A stretch of DNA of 58,583 nt from an uncultured virus (IMG/VR IMGVR_UViG_3300033149_005651) (Duplodnaviria; Heunggongvirae; Uroviricota; Caudoviricetes), in IMG/VR virus record IMGVR_UViG_3300033149_005651. The stretch is one strand, 5' to 3'. Made by a program: the position numbers and the translations under genes. How positions within the stretch are numbered: position 1 is the stretch's first letter; each line of letters starts with the position of its first letter. Below the pieces are notes generated by a model. That model made no database searches. It was given only the letters and a program-made list of their open reading frames with translations, and was not told the origin of the DNA. This document shows, one piece after another, positions 39,364-49,029 of this stretch.

Positions 39364-40266
39364 TTATTTTGAAGCTTTTATCAACCCCTTAGCTATATCC
39401 CGCCAGATTTGGGTTATTTCCGACATTTTTTCTAATTTGCCATCATTGTATAATATTTCGATAGAATTAGATATATCATCAAACCATCCGCCCCACGCTT
39501 TTTTATTATCAAGAACACCAGCATTCCTCTTAATAGTAGTTTCTAAGACAGCATTGAGATCGGTTAGTATCCCTAATTCGATATCAGACGCTACGCTGGT
39601 GAACGCTGCAAATAGATTAGTAGCATCTCTCTTTACATCTTCATCCGTATAATTAGCATTTCGTTCTATTGATTTCACTAATTCATAAGCATTTTCTGAT
39701 ATTCCACTAAGCGGACGAAGAAAATTCGTTGTAATTGGTGTAGATTCAGAAGTTTCAGTTTGGAGGATACTTCTGATTATCTGCACATCTTGCCTCAGAG
39801 TAACTGCTTTTTGCTGAATACTAATTTCATTTTCCGGTCCTAATTCAGCAAAAACAAATGAAACTGTAAGGACAACAATATACGCATCATGCTTGGTACC
39901 AGTACCAAATAGGATTTTCGAACCATCTGGCCACACAGTAATATCACGATCCGGAAGAACAGTCCAAGAATATTTCAATGAATTGATAGATTCATCCGAA
40001 TTTATTTCTGCTTTAAGTTGGATTAATTCTCCGATTTCTATTGGTTGTTCACCACCAACAATAGTCACCGTCGGAATAACAATATCAAGAGGCATCAAAG
40101 AAAAATCTGGTTCCGGTTCTACAATCAATTCTTCCTCTTCAATTTGTGATACAACGACTTGTGGTTGAATAAGTCGAAATGGTTCTTGTGGGATTAAAGG
40201 AGTTGTAAAACAAAAAATGCTATAAGAATATACAACCATCATCGTAAACAATCTGCTCTTGAACAT
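39364..40266 (-). CDS. Membrane-anchored protein with an Ig/PKD-like domain and a helical domain related to 37153..37812
   Basis: N-terminal hydrophobic segment; GELIQLKA...YSWTV; LFAAFTSVASDI..G...W..W...IWRDIAKGL. Confidence 0.6.
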   Translation of the reverse strand: MFKSRLFTMMVVYSYSIFCFTTPLIPQEPFRLIQPQVVVSQIEEEELIVEPEPDFSLMPLDIVIPTVTIVGGEQPIEIGELIQLKAEINSDESINSLKYSWTVLPDRDITVWPDGSKILFGTGTKHDAYIVVLTVSFVFAELGPENEISIQQKAVTLRQDVQIIRSILQTETSESTPITTNFLRPLSGISENAYELVKSIERNANYTDEDVKRDATNLFAAFTSVASDIELGILTDLNAVLETTIKRNAGVLDNKKAWGGWFDDISNSIEILYNDGKLEKMSEITQIWRDIAKGLIKASK

Positions 40267-40355
40267 AACTAGAACCTTTCTTAAACATGTTAAAAATATC
40301 ATCATCTCTTACCCACACTGTCTTTTACTTATATACATTAAAAGTATATAGGAGC

Positions 40356-41039
40356 ATGACAGAAGAATATAAATATCCACTAGTATCAGCAATAACTCTG
40401 ATTGGACGAAATACTATAGATGATATCTTATCATGTGTTAAATGCTTCGAGCACCAGACATACCCAAATAAAGAATTAATATTGATTAATAATGCTAAAA
40501 ATCAATTTGATGCCAGCGAGATCGATATAAAAAAGAAAAATGTGCTTACCATTGATCTTCCAGCACATTGTACCACCGGATTAGCTAGAAACTATGGACA
40601 ATCGGCATCAAACGGACAAATAATTGCTCAATTTGACGCTGATTGTTGGCATCATCCCAAAAGATTAGAAATTCAAATAGCAGCACTCGCTGAAAAAGAA
40701 GCACAAATTTCTTTATTATCAAAAACACTGCAATATAGTTTCATATCCGGAAGAGCAACATATTATACAAATCAGCGTAATATTATTCTTAACACGATGA
40801 TCCATTTAAGACAAAAAGGAGTAGATTATCCATCCAATGCTGAGAAAAACGAAGAATGGATATTTTTACAAGCATTGATCGATAAAACTAAATATAAACC
40901 AATTTCAATTGACATACCAGAATTATATTGTAAATTATTATTAACAAAAGAAAATCGTATAATTAATCCGATAAATAAAAATTTGTCCCCAGAACATTTT
41001 AAAAGCATACAACAAATCATTGGGCAATATTCTATCTAA
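40356..41039 (+). CDS. Glycosyltransferase family 2
   Basis: PLVSAI, QTYPNKELILIN, GLARNYG, IAQFDADCWHHPKRLE.Q. Confidence 0.85.
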   Translation: MTEEYKYPLVSAITLIGRNTIDDILSCVKCFEHQTYPNKELILINNAKNQFDASEIDIKKKNVLTIDLPAHCTTGLARNYGQSASNGQIIAQFDADCWHHPKRLEIQIAALAEKEAQISLLSKTLQYSFISGRATYYTNQRNIILNTMIHLRQKGVDYPSNAEKNEEWIFLQALIDKTKYKPISIDIPELYCKLLLTKENRIINPINKNLSPEHFKSIQQIIGQYSI

Positions 41040-41083
41040 ATACCAATTCAAATATATTCTAAACACACAAATGGAGATTTCAT

Positions 41084-43171
41084 ATGTATACGATATTAAG
41101 TAGGCTCAATAGAAAACTTCACGCACTATGTGAATCAAAAGAATCTTGGAAAGATCCGTACAGCCCAGACTATGATCGACAATGGGCAGAAGACGCACTT
41201 TTTCATGTTCTTGGACCATTAACAGATGATCCAACATGGGTTAACTCACAATGGTATGCCAAATTATCTGGTAACCCACCTGTTCCAGGATTCGACCCTG
41301 GAAAACCAGCGCCACAATGGACAACAGAAGAAATTGTCTTTGCTATGGCTGGAGACCCAAATCTCCTGTTTAGAGCTTCAGGCAACCCAAAAAGTCCTGG
41401 ATATGGATCGAAGGGAGGCGGTGCACCCCTCTTTAGATTAGCAAAAAGAGTTGCAAGGACTTACGGGCGTGAAAATGATAAACCATTCATCGCGGACATG
41501 TATCAAAATGGTATGGTCCCCCTGATGAAAATGATGCAACCTGGATTCGATGAAAGTCGCAAACCATTTATTTCATATGTCATGCGAACAATCCAAAGTG
41601 CTATGGAGCATGGCACGGGTGGTGGAAGAGAAGAAAGTAGAGCAGGTGGTGAATCAAGTGAATACTTCGTGGACCCAACAGGTAAAATGCGTGACAGATT
41701 GCCATCTGGATTAGAAAAAAATTCAAGAGGCAAAATAAAAATGCCCAAGGGATGGGAAAGAATACAAGTAACAGGAATCCAAAATATTCTAAAGCTTAAA
41801 GATCCCAAACAGATACGTGCGGCAGCAGATATAGTAAAAGATGAATTCCGCACAAAACGAGCCCACGATAAACATCCAAGTAATCCATTCGGACCATTCT
41901 CGCCAGCCTATTACAGAATTGTAAATAATTATGCTGATGCAATAGAAAGCAAAAACAAAGAAAGAATAGAAGCCGCACAGAGCCAATTACACCAACTCAT
42001 GGATGAAATTAATGATTCAGCAACCAATATCGTGGGTGCATCGACCGGTATAGGACAAGCAATATCAACTCTTGATAGAGCTAAAGATCCTAGGAAAGTA
42101 ATCCCACAAAAGCTAGATGCTCTTGACATTGGGCGAAAAACTGTTATCTATGATACAGAAATTCAAAGAACCGGCGAGGACGAATTTAGTTATCAATATA
42201 GGGACGCAAAAGGTGATGAAAAATTCCAAACGCTCAGCAGAGATGAAGTAATTGATTCATTAGCCACTAGACAGGGGTTAGGAATTCAAAGCATGGATGT
42301 ACCAGGAGACGATGGACAAGGAAGTGCAGCTGGAAATATCCAAGGTGCAGAAAGTGATGCCGAAGAAAAAGTAATCAACAAAGATGCAATTCAATATGTT
42401 CTCACAATGGCGATGGAACATGATCTTGGCCAAATTCTTAAAAACAGCAAAAAATATTTAAAAATGGCACAAGATATGAAATGCAAGAAAAATAAAGATG
42501 GTAAGCCAAATATTGGTGGGCCTATGACACCACAAGAATTCAGATTTATTATTCGTTATATGGGATGGATCGGGCAGAACTACCCAGGAATAGGAGTAGT
42601 TCGCGAAAATGTTGATATTCCACGAGATGGGAAAAAGAAAAGTAGAAATTGGTTGCAACCTGGAGAAGACCCAGAAATAGAACCATTGCCAGAAAAGGGG
42701 AATAATCCAGATGGTTTATGGCACTCACAATGGGCCAGAAATGATTATCCTCAATTAGGACCTGTTGAGATCGCCGAAGAGATGACAACAGAGACAAAAG
42801 AATTCATAAAACTTGGAATCCCATCAGCACGTGCTGATCGTGTAGCGGCTGGTAAACCAGCACTTTCTAAAGAAGCGGCGGGGAATACTGCAAAAGCTGC
42901 CAGAATAAAAATAACCATTATGTCTGATATTCATGGGCTCAGGACTAATGCCCTAGATGAATCGATTGAAAAATCACCTATCATCGAATCGATAAGATTA
43001 ATGGATGCTATTGACAAAGAGTTGATAGTAACCACCTGCGAGGCGATGATACGAAAATTAGATCAAGCTATTGATATATTAGATCCAAAATCCATCCGAT
43101 TAAAAAAACAAATACAAATACGACCGATAAACGAAAGAATGCATGCTTTAGACACAATTGAATCGTATTAA
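41084..43171 (+). CDS. Highly divergent, insertion-expanded sigma-70-like factor
   Basis: Region 2-like ADMYQNGMVPLMKM...FDESR.PFISYVMRTIQSAM; region 3-like IQSMDVP; region 4-like MTPQEFRFIIRYMG...EIAEEM...LSKEAA...AARIKI. Confidence 0.55.
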   Translation: MYTILSRLNRKLHALCESKESWKDPYSPDYDRQWAEDALFHVLGPLTDDPTWVNSQWYAKLSGNPPVPGFDPGKPAPQWTTEEIVFAMAGDPNLLFRASGNPKSPGYGSKGGGAPLFRLAKRVARTYGRENDKPFIADMYQNGMVPLMKMMQPGFDESRKPFISYVMRTIQSAMEHGTGGGREESRAGGESSEYFVDPTGKMRDRLPSGLEKNSRGKIKMPKGWERIQVTGIQNILKLKDPKQIRAAADIVKDEFRTKRAHDKHPSNPFGPFSPAYYRIVNNYADAIESKNKERIEAAQSQLHQLMDEINDSATNIVGASTGIGQAISTLDRAKDPRKVIPQKLDALDIGRKTVIYDTEIQRTGEDEFSYQYRDAKGDEKFQTLSRDEVIDSLATRQGLGIQSMDVPGDDGQGSAAGNIQGAESDAEEKVINKDAIQYVLTMAMEHDLGQILKNSKKYLKMAQDMKCKKNKDGKPNIGGPMTPQEFRFIIRYMGWIGQNYPGIGVVRENVDIPRDGKKKSRNWLQPGEDPEIEPLPEKGNNPDGLWHSQWARNDYPQLGPVEIAEEMTTETKEFIKLGIPSARADRVAAGKPALSKEAAGNTAKAARIKITIMSDIHGLRTNALDESIEKSPIIESIRLMDAIDKELIVTTCEAMIRKLDQAIDILDPKSIRLKKQIQIRPINERMHALDTIESY

Positions 43172-43185
43172 GACGTGAAAACAAT

Positions 43186-44826
43186 ATGAAGTTAGTCGAT
43201 GCTACACAATATTCACTCATCGAAGCCAGAATTGTTTATGGTTCGATGGCTATTGTAGAGGATGGTGAAGCTCCTCGATGGCAATTCGCATATAATAATT
43301 ATCAACACGACCCACGACCAGACATTTTACTTTTAGGAGCATATAAACACCCAACTACGGGCAATAATTTAGTTGGTGGAATCAATATACATTATTTATC
43401 AGATGATCAACGGAATAATCTTGCCAAAATCCTACCGCAAATCATGCAGGCTTCAGATTTAAAAACTCGCTATTGGGTAGGTCGTAAACTTCTCCCAGAT
43501 GTTTTCACAAATTTCTATCGCACATATGATTCCAAATTTATACGAGGCGTCAGAAAAGACGTCATGTATCCTAAATTTGGATTTATGAAAACAGCCCAAA
43601 AATGGCTAACTAAAAAACTGGGAAGTATTTTCAAAAGCAAGGAACAAAGAAAAAAAGAAATTGAACCACAATATCCATCAGATCTAGAGAGTATGGATGA
43701 CAAACTGGATCAAATAGTTCTACAATTGCAGAAGCAGCAAGCAGAACCAGAAGACACCCCAGAAATGCAAGCCGCAAGAGCGAATTTTAAAGATCTTATG
43801 CGACATCGTACTTTACGGGATATAGAAAAACGCGAAGATGAACCAATGGTTCAAGCACAAACAGATCTTGAAAAACAACAACAAAGACCAAAAAGAGAAG
43901 ACCCAAGACAAGCTGAAGCCGATTTCAACAAAGACAGAGAAGAAAATAAAGAAGAATTAGAAGACCCAGATAATGAACTCGATCTTGGCGAAGCAATTTC
44001 CTACTATTCACCAAGATTACGACGATATATTATTGAACCACACAAAATCTCAGAAAGTAAAGGATGGCTAGAAACAGAACTATTGCAAATGCGTGGTAAA
44101 ATCGTCCAAACAGCCCAGCAGATTTATAATGAATGGGATCAAGATGATAATGATCTTTATGGCGGCGGCGGTATCTGTGATGAAATATGCAACGCAATAG
44201 GTGACGTACTCGATGCTCACGATATTAATTGGACAGAAGGCGGTCATGAAGGAGATGACCATGCTTATGCTATAGCATATACGGATGACGAATCTTTCGC
44301 TGTTGATATCCCAGCATATGTTTATGAAACAGGTGGCGGATACTCATGGCAGAAAATCCATGATATCCAAATTTTACCAAATGATGTTAATATTATCGAA
44401 GTTCAAAGGCCCGATTGGATCGACCCACTTGAAGAATCAAGTCCTTACGATAAATTAGACGACACAGATCAATTCGGTACTATCGCAATATCACCAATCA
44501 GACTTGGGCCATATACTATCGGTGGTGAAACCGATACAACAATGAATATAGATCAAGAATATGAAAATGATTTAACAATTTCATATAATAATTTAACAGT
44601 CCCAGTTCATCGTGCCGCTGTGCTGAATGATCGACATAGCACACATGATGCGATAACAGAACTCATCCAACTTATAAAAAACGAATATCCAGATGTATGG
44701 AAAAGACATTATGGCTCATACGATCGAAGATTTCATTATTTAGAAATTTTACATTTTGCGTTAACAGATCTAATTGAAGAAGTGTACCCAGAATTATTTT
44801 CTAACACTTATGCAGAATCAGTATAA
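43186..44826 (+). CDS. Multidomain protein: T4 gp2 (DNA end protector)-like N-terminus plus a Cys-His-Asp domain
   Basis: HDPRPDILLLG...GGINIHYL...RTY; later GGICDEIC...DHAYA...AVDIP; domains separated by LGE/ISE/LEE. Confidence 0.5.
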   Translation: MKLVDATQYSLIEARIVYGSMAIVEDGEAPRWQFAYNNYQHDPRPDILLLGAYKHPTTGNNLVGGINIHYLSDDQRNNLAKILPQIMQASDLKTRYWVGRKLLPDVFTNFYRTYDSKFIRGVRKDVMYPKFGFMKTAQKWLTKKLGSIFKSKEQRKKEIEPQYPSDLESMDDKLDQIVLQLQKQQAEPEDTPEMQAARANFKDLMRHRTLRDIEKREDEPMVQAQTDLEKQQQRPKREDPRQAEADFNKDREENKEELEDPDNELDLGEAISYYSPRLRRYIIEPHKISESKGWLETELLQMRGKIVQTAQQIYNEWDQDDNDLYGGGGICDEICNAIGDVLDAHDINWTEGGHEGDDHAYAIAYTDDESFAVDIPAYVYETGGGYSWQKIHDIQILPNDVNIIEVQRPDWIDPLEESSPYDKLDDTDQFGTIAISPIRLGPYTIGGETDTTMNIDQEYENDLTISYNNLTVPVHRAAVLNDRHSTHDAITELIQLIKNEYPDVWKRHYGSYDRRFHYLEILHFALTDLIEEVYPELFSNTYAESV

Positions 44827-44835
44827 TATTAACCA

Positions 44836-46500
44836 ATGATCACATTCGAAGATGAAATTAAAGCTCTCAGACCCAAATTTGCCGCTGTTGACAAAGAAGA
44901 CCCAGCAGCTCTCCGGCAATGGTTTGAAACATATTCTTATCTAAAAACAAACGAACATGCTATAATTGCACAAAAACGCTCAACATATATCAGAAAATTG
45001 AAAAAACTCGCCGGACTCGGCGGCAAGATACCGGTGCATGAAACACCAAGAAATGGCTACCATCGGGTGATAAATACTCTACAAGCGCCAGATGATTGGG
45101 ATAATGTTGAATGGTTGCGAGAAGCTAGAAAAATCAATAGTATCAAAATAATAGCTAGTGCGGTAGGTGCGTCATACGCAACAGTTTATAGAAGATTGGC
45201 AAAATATGGCTTGGATACAAAACCAAAGAAACGCATAATAAATAAATATTATACTAAAGAATGGATTCAAGAATATTATGTCAACCGGGGCTGGAGTCAA
45301 GCAAAATGTGCAAAATTCGTCGGGATAGCCCAACAAACATTTGGATTATGGCTATCGTATTTTGAGATACCATCCAGAACAATACAAGAAACAGCTAAAA
45401 AACACACTGACGTTAGGCTTTGGGTGAGAGAACTTTGTGTTAAACTAAAAAAACAACCGATAGTCAACAAGGTCTTTCTGCGAAAGGACCACGTTCATCT
45501 AAGATTTCACAATTATTATTGGGAAACATATTATTTAGATAAATCCGCAAAACACGGTCCTAGTAGAATTCCGCGAAGTTTTGGGATTACTAAAAATATG
45601 GCAGGTGTGGAAAACGTACCACAAGTTATAGATCAATATGAGTCTGATTTAGGTGGTGACAAACATAAAGCTCATATAATAATCCCAACAAAACAATGGG
45701 AAAAATCAACATTTATCGAACAAAGATTGGCAGTTCATGAATTTGCTCGACAAATAACACGAAGAGGATGGATTTGGCCAACATACCCCGATAGTGTAAT
45801 CGAGAGAGAATTAAAAAGAATTCAAAAAGCAAATCCGGCAAAATACATGAACAAAGGGGTTTTCACTATTTTTCCCCCTTATGGCCGTTATCCGCCGCCT
45901 GGAAGAAGATTATTAGAACATTTCTTTGATTTGAGTGAACTTTGGGAAGTATTGTCTAGCCCCCGATGGACTATGATAGGTCTTAATCAGTTGACTAAAA
46001 AGAAAGTTGTGTATGATACACATAATTTCTTTCGTGCGATGATGGTGCATATGCCCACCTTTTCGAAAAAGGTGCCGGTTGTTACCGATCCTGGATTTTA
46101 TTCCGTGTTATTTAAAAGATTAGGAATTCGAGGAAGAGTTCTTGATTTAAGTCCTAATCATGGTAGCAGAGCCTTAGCATGTGCTATTAATGGTTTAGTA
46201 TATTCAACAGAACCGAATGTTAAAATAGATCTTGCGATAAATCGTGGATTTAGTGACTTTACCGGTTTAAAATATGAACAACATGATGGTAGTCCCGCTG
46301 ATTTGGTAATACTTGATAATGATCTAAGAGATTGTTCCATCAGACATGCTTTAACGTACGCCAAACAAGCGAGAAGAATAATTGTCTTTGTACCACAACA
46401 TAAAAAATTCGCACTTGCTGCGAAATACAAACCTGAGTCGATGATTCCCGTAAAATCAAAAATTTATATCAAAACACCTGATTATTTGTTTTTGTGGTAA
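44836..46500 (+). CDS. Tandem-HTH protein with a degenerate methyltransferase-like C-terminus
   Basis: IASAVGASYATVYRRL and SQAKCAKFVGIAQQTFGLWL (HTH-like); VLDLSPNHGSRALA resembles SAM motif I; no PPY-type motif after it. Confidence 0.5.
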   Translation: MITFEDEIKALRPKFAAVDKEDPAALRQWFETYSYLKTNEHAIIAQKRSTYIRKLKKLAGLGGKIPVHETPRNGYHRVINTLQAPDDWDNVEWLREARKINSIKIIASAVGASYATVYRRLAKYGLDTKPKKRIINKYYTKEWIQEYYVNRGWSQAKCAKFVGIAQQTFGLWLSYFEIPSRTIQETAKKHTDVRLWVRELCVKLKKQPIVNKVFLRKDHVHLRFHNYYWETYYLDKSAKHGPSRIPRSFGITKNMAGVENVPQVIDQYESDLGGDKHKAHIIIPTKQWEKSTFIEQRLAVHEFARQITRRGWIWPTYPDSVIERELKRIQKANPAKYMNKGVFTIFPPYGRYPPPGRRLLEHFFDLSELWEVLSSPRWTMIGLNQLTKKKVVYDTHNFFRAMMVHMPTFSKKVPVVTDPGFYSVLFKRLGIRGRVLDLSPNHGSRALACAINGLVYSTEPNVKIDLAINRGFSDFTGLKYEQHDGSPADLVILDNDLRDCSIRHALTYAKQARRIIVFVPQHKKFALAAKYKPESMIPVKSKIYIKTPDYLFLW

Positions 46501-46548
46501 GTAAGAAACAAAAATAGAATGTAAATACCCGCTACTAGGGAGTCAATA

Positions 46549-49029
46549 ATGGCATTAGTTTCAATTCCTCCGGCATCAACACTACAAGATGGTCAATTCA
46601 TCCAGGTCCAAGGACCCGATGGGATTACCACTGGTTATCATTACGATAAACAGCAAAAGGCTCTGTATTTTAAAGAGTCACAAGTATTATTTCCCAGTTT
46701 CCATGGCGCTACACATATCGCGGAAGATCCTGTACCAGGCGCATCATGTGATACATCTGGGCTTATGTCATCGGATGATAAATGCAAACTCGACGCAATT
46801 TTGCAAATGCGAGTTGGTGTTCTTGGATTCCAAGGTGCTGGGTTCCCAGACGATGGAGGGTGGTTACAGGGTGATATAATTCTTGCTGCTGGTACAGAAT
46901 TTATCAGCTTAGAAAGAGTTGGTAATGTCGTCAGATTCACCGTCGATAGCCCAATTCCTCTCAATTGTGCATGCGAAGAATGCCAACAAATTTTTTGGGT
47001 TCAGGATGAAACCGATATTGCATCGATTAGACCACCAACATGTAGTGGAAAACTTCCGGGCACAAATTCTTACGGTGAAATGAAAATATATTTATTCCCT
47101 GAATCGACCATTGCTGACCCCAATAATACTGGTGCTACGCTGCAGAATAAAGGTGATCATCCTTCCTTCATTTTCAAACGATATGATGATTCAATTATTC
47201 CGGGTGCTGCAGAACACGAAATGGTTCTAAAAAGAGATAGTAGTAATAGATTACAAACAGAAATCGGATGGGCCTTCACACCAGGAGCCACAGGCGTACC
47301 AGAAATGGTATGGTTTATGGGCAAGGATCTCGAAGGAAACCAAATCAGATTCGATTTGGAAACAACATCGGAGCCAGGATTACTAGGATCTTTATTATAT
47401 AAGGGTAATTTGCTCACAAAAAAGATGGGTGTAATCATTGATTATACCAGCACTATTTTGAGCACGAACCAATATACCATTCGTGAATGGAATACTGACG
47501 GAAAAGAAGCTGTAGGCGATCCATTCACCGCCACAAACACTTGGATGTTCGCAAATCCAGAAAACGCAGCAACTGGTGTTAATCCAAAAACACTAATCAT
47601 GGATTCTACCGTTGATCTGCTGCCAATAGGAACATTAATCAATCTCTGGTCATTCAAAGTAGGTGAAGTTTCTGGCGAACCGATTTTACGCTATTACTTC
47701 AGAGAAAAACCACGATTCAATCCAAACCACGCATGGACCTGGATAGGTAATACGCAATTTGGCGATGTAGTTGTCGCAAGAGAGGAAATGTTACCAGGTC
47801 CTGGTAGTGAAGATAAAGATTCTGCGGTCCAATTATCAGCAGTTCGTGGACTCGAAAAGAATACTTGGGGTTTAACTGGATACGACGATCCTTTATTCAG
47901 TTATGATATTGCTTCGACCGCTGGAACAGAAGCATCAGAAATCAATATCCAACATAAAGCTTATATTGATACGTCTTTGCCTGGGTTGGTTGTAATCGCA
48001 AGTGACGTCGCACCGGATGATTTCAGCGAAAGACCTGTTTGGTTATGGAATCGAAGAAATCTTTGTAACGCTTTAGTTAGAACTGATATTGGGCGTCCTG
48101 ATTCTTCCGAATTCGTTCCATTTGATTTAGCATTACGGGCTGATATTGATGAACATACGAACCGATATTGCAAGGTAATGGGTAAAGGCACCATCGATGG
48201 TTTGAATTATGTAAGAATTTGCGGGTTACATTTTCATGATTTGCCACAATTTGGCACTCTTCGGATTTTATCACCAGAATCTAATCAAAACTTAATCTTT
48301 AATTATACTAGGAAATTCGCTTTTCCTTCATTGATAACTGAAGGAGCAGAACCAACCAGCGGATTTGCAGCGAATCCCGGCGATTGCGATTCGCTTATTC
48401 TTACCGGCGATGCTTCAGATAATGCTGTTTATCCCGGTGATTCTGGCGATATTTGCGAGCTTTTGCATCAAGAATATAATTCTCCAATTGTCAGGGTTGA
48501 ATTCTCATATAATTCAGCAACAGGGCTTGTTGAATTACAGTTCAAAGTTGGTGTTCTTGATATGAGCTTGCCATATGAAGAAGATATTGACGATGATATT
48601 GACGATTATGTTAGAGGTCTCGCTCCTGGTTATGTTGTTAGCGCGGTATATTCTCAAGCTGGTACATTTTCTGGTGTTGGGACCCAACCAAGTGCTTCAC
48701 CAGAAGGTTTTATTGTTTACGATGGTGGATCAGTAATCGGTGGTACACAAGACGAATTTTGGAACCGATTAGAAGTTATGGTAAGAGATAATCAAGTTTG
48801 GATTTGGTGGAACCAGCTTCTGATTCCACCAAGTGCTACATTAAGCTCTTCATTACCAACACCAGTAGATATTAGCACACCATACTTTCCGATTGAACAA
48901 GATCCCGATAAACAATTCGGAAAAATCGGTCTTAGAATGTTTCCTGGTTCTAAAGTACGAAGATTAGATGTTAGAACTCAGATTACATTATTCAATGAGT
49001 TCACATACGGACAGCTCGAAGTAACTTAA
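46549..49029 (+). CDS. Putative tail/fibre structural protein
   Basis: H..TH..EDP.P.A.....GLMSSDDKCKLD tail-fibre motif; beta-rich C-terminus. Confidence 0.6.
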   Translation: MALVSIPPASTLQDGQFIQVQGPDGITTGYHYDKQQKALYFKESQVLFPSFHGATHIAEDPVPGASCDTSGLMSSDDKCKLDAILQMRVGVLGFQGAGFPDDGGWLQGDIILAAGTEFISLERVGNVVRFTVDSPIPLNCACEECQQIFWVQDETDIASIRPPTCSGKLPGTNSYGEMKIYLFPESTIADPNNTGATLQNKGDHPSFIFKRYDDSIIPGAAEHEMVLKRDSSNRLQTEIGWAFTPGATGVPEMVWFMGKDLEGNQIRFDLETTSEPGLLGSLLYKGNLLTKKMGVIIDYTSTILSTNQYTIREWNTDGKEAVGDPFTATNTWMFANPENAATGVNPKTLIMDSTVDLLPIGTLINLWSFKVGEVSGEPILRYYFREKPRFNPNHAWTWIGNTQFGDVVVAREEMLPGPGSEDKDSAVQLSAVRGLEKNTWGLTGYDDPLFSYDIASTAGTEASEINIQHKAYIDTSLPGLVVIASDVAPDDFSERPVWLWNRRNLCNALVRTDIGRPDSSEFVPFDLALRADIDEHTNRYCKVMGKGTIDGLNYVRICGLHFHDLPQFGTLRILSPESNQNLIFNYTRKFAFPSLITEGAEPTSGFAANPGDCDSLILTGDASDNAVYPGDSGDICELLHQEYNSPIVRVEFSYNSATGLVELQFKVGVLDMSLPYEEDIDDDIDDYVRGLAPGYVVSAVYSQAGTFSGVGTQPSASPEGFIVYDGGSVIGGTQDEFWNRLEVMVRDNQVWIWWNQLLIPPSATLSSSLPTPVDISTPYFPIEQDPDKQFGKIGLRMFPGSKVRRLDVRTQITLFNEFTYGQLEVT

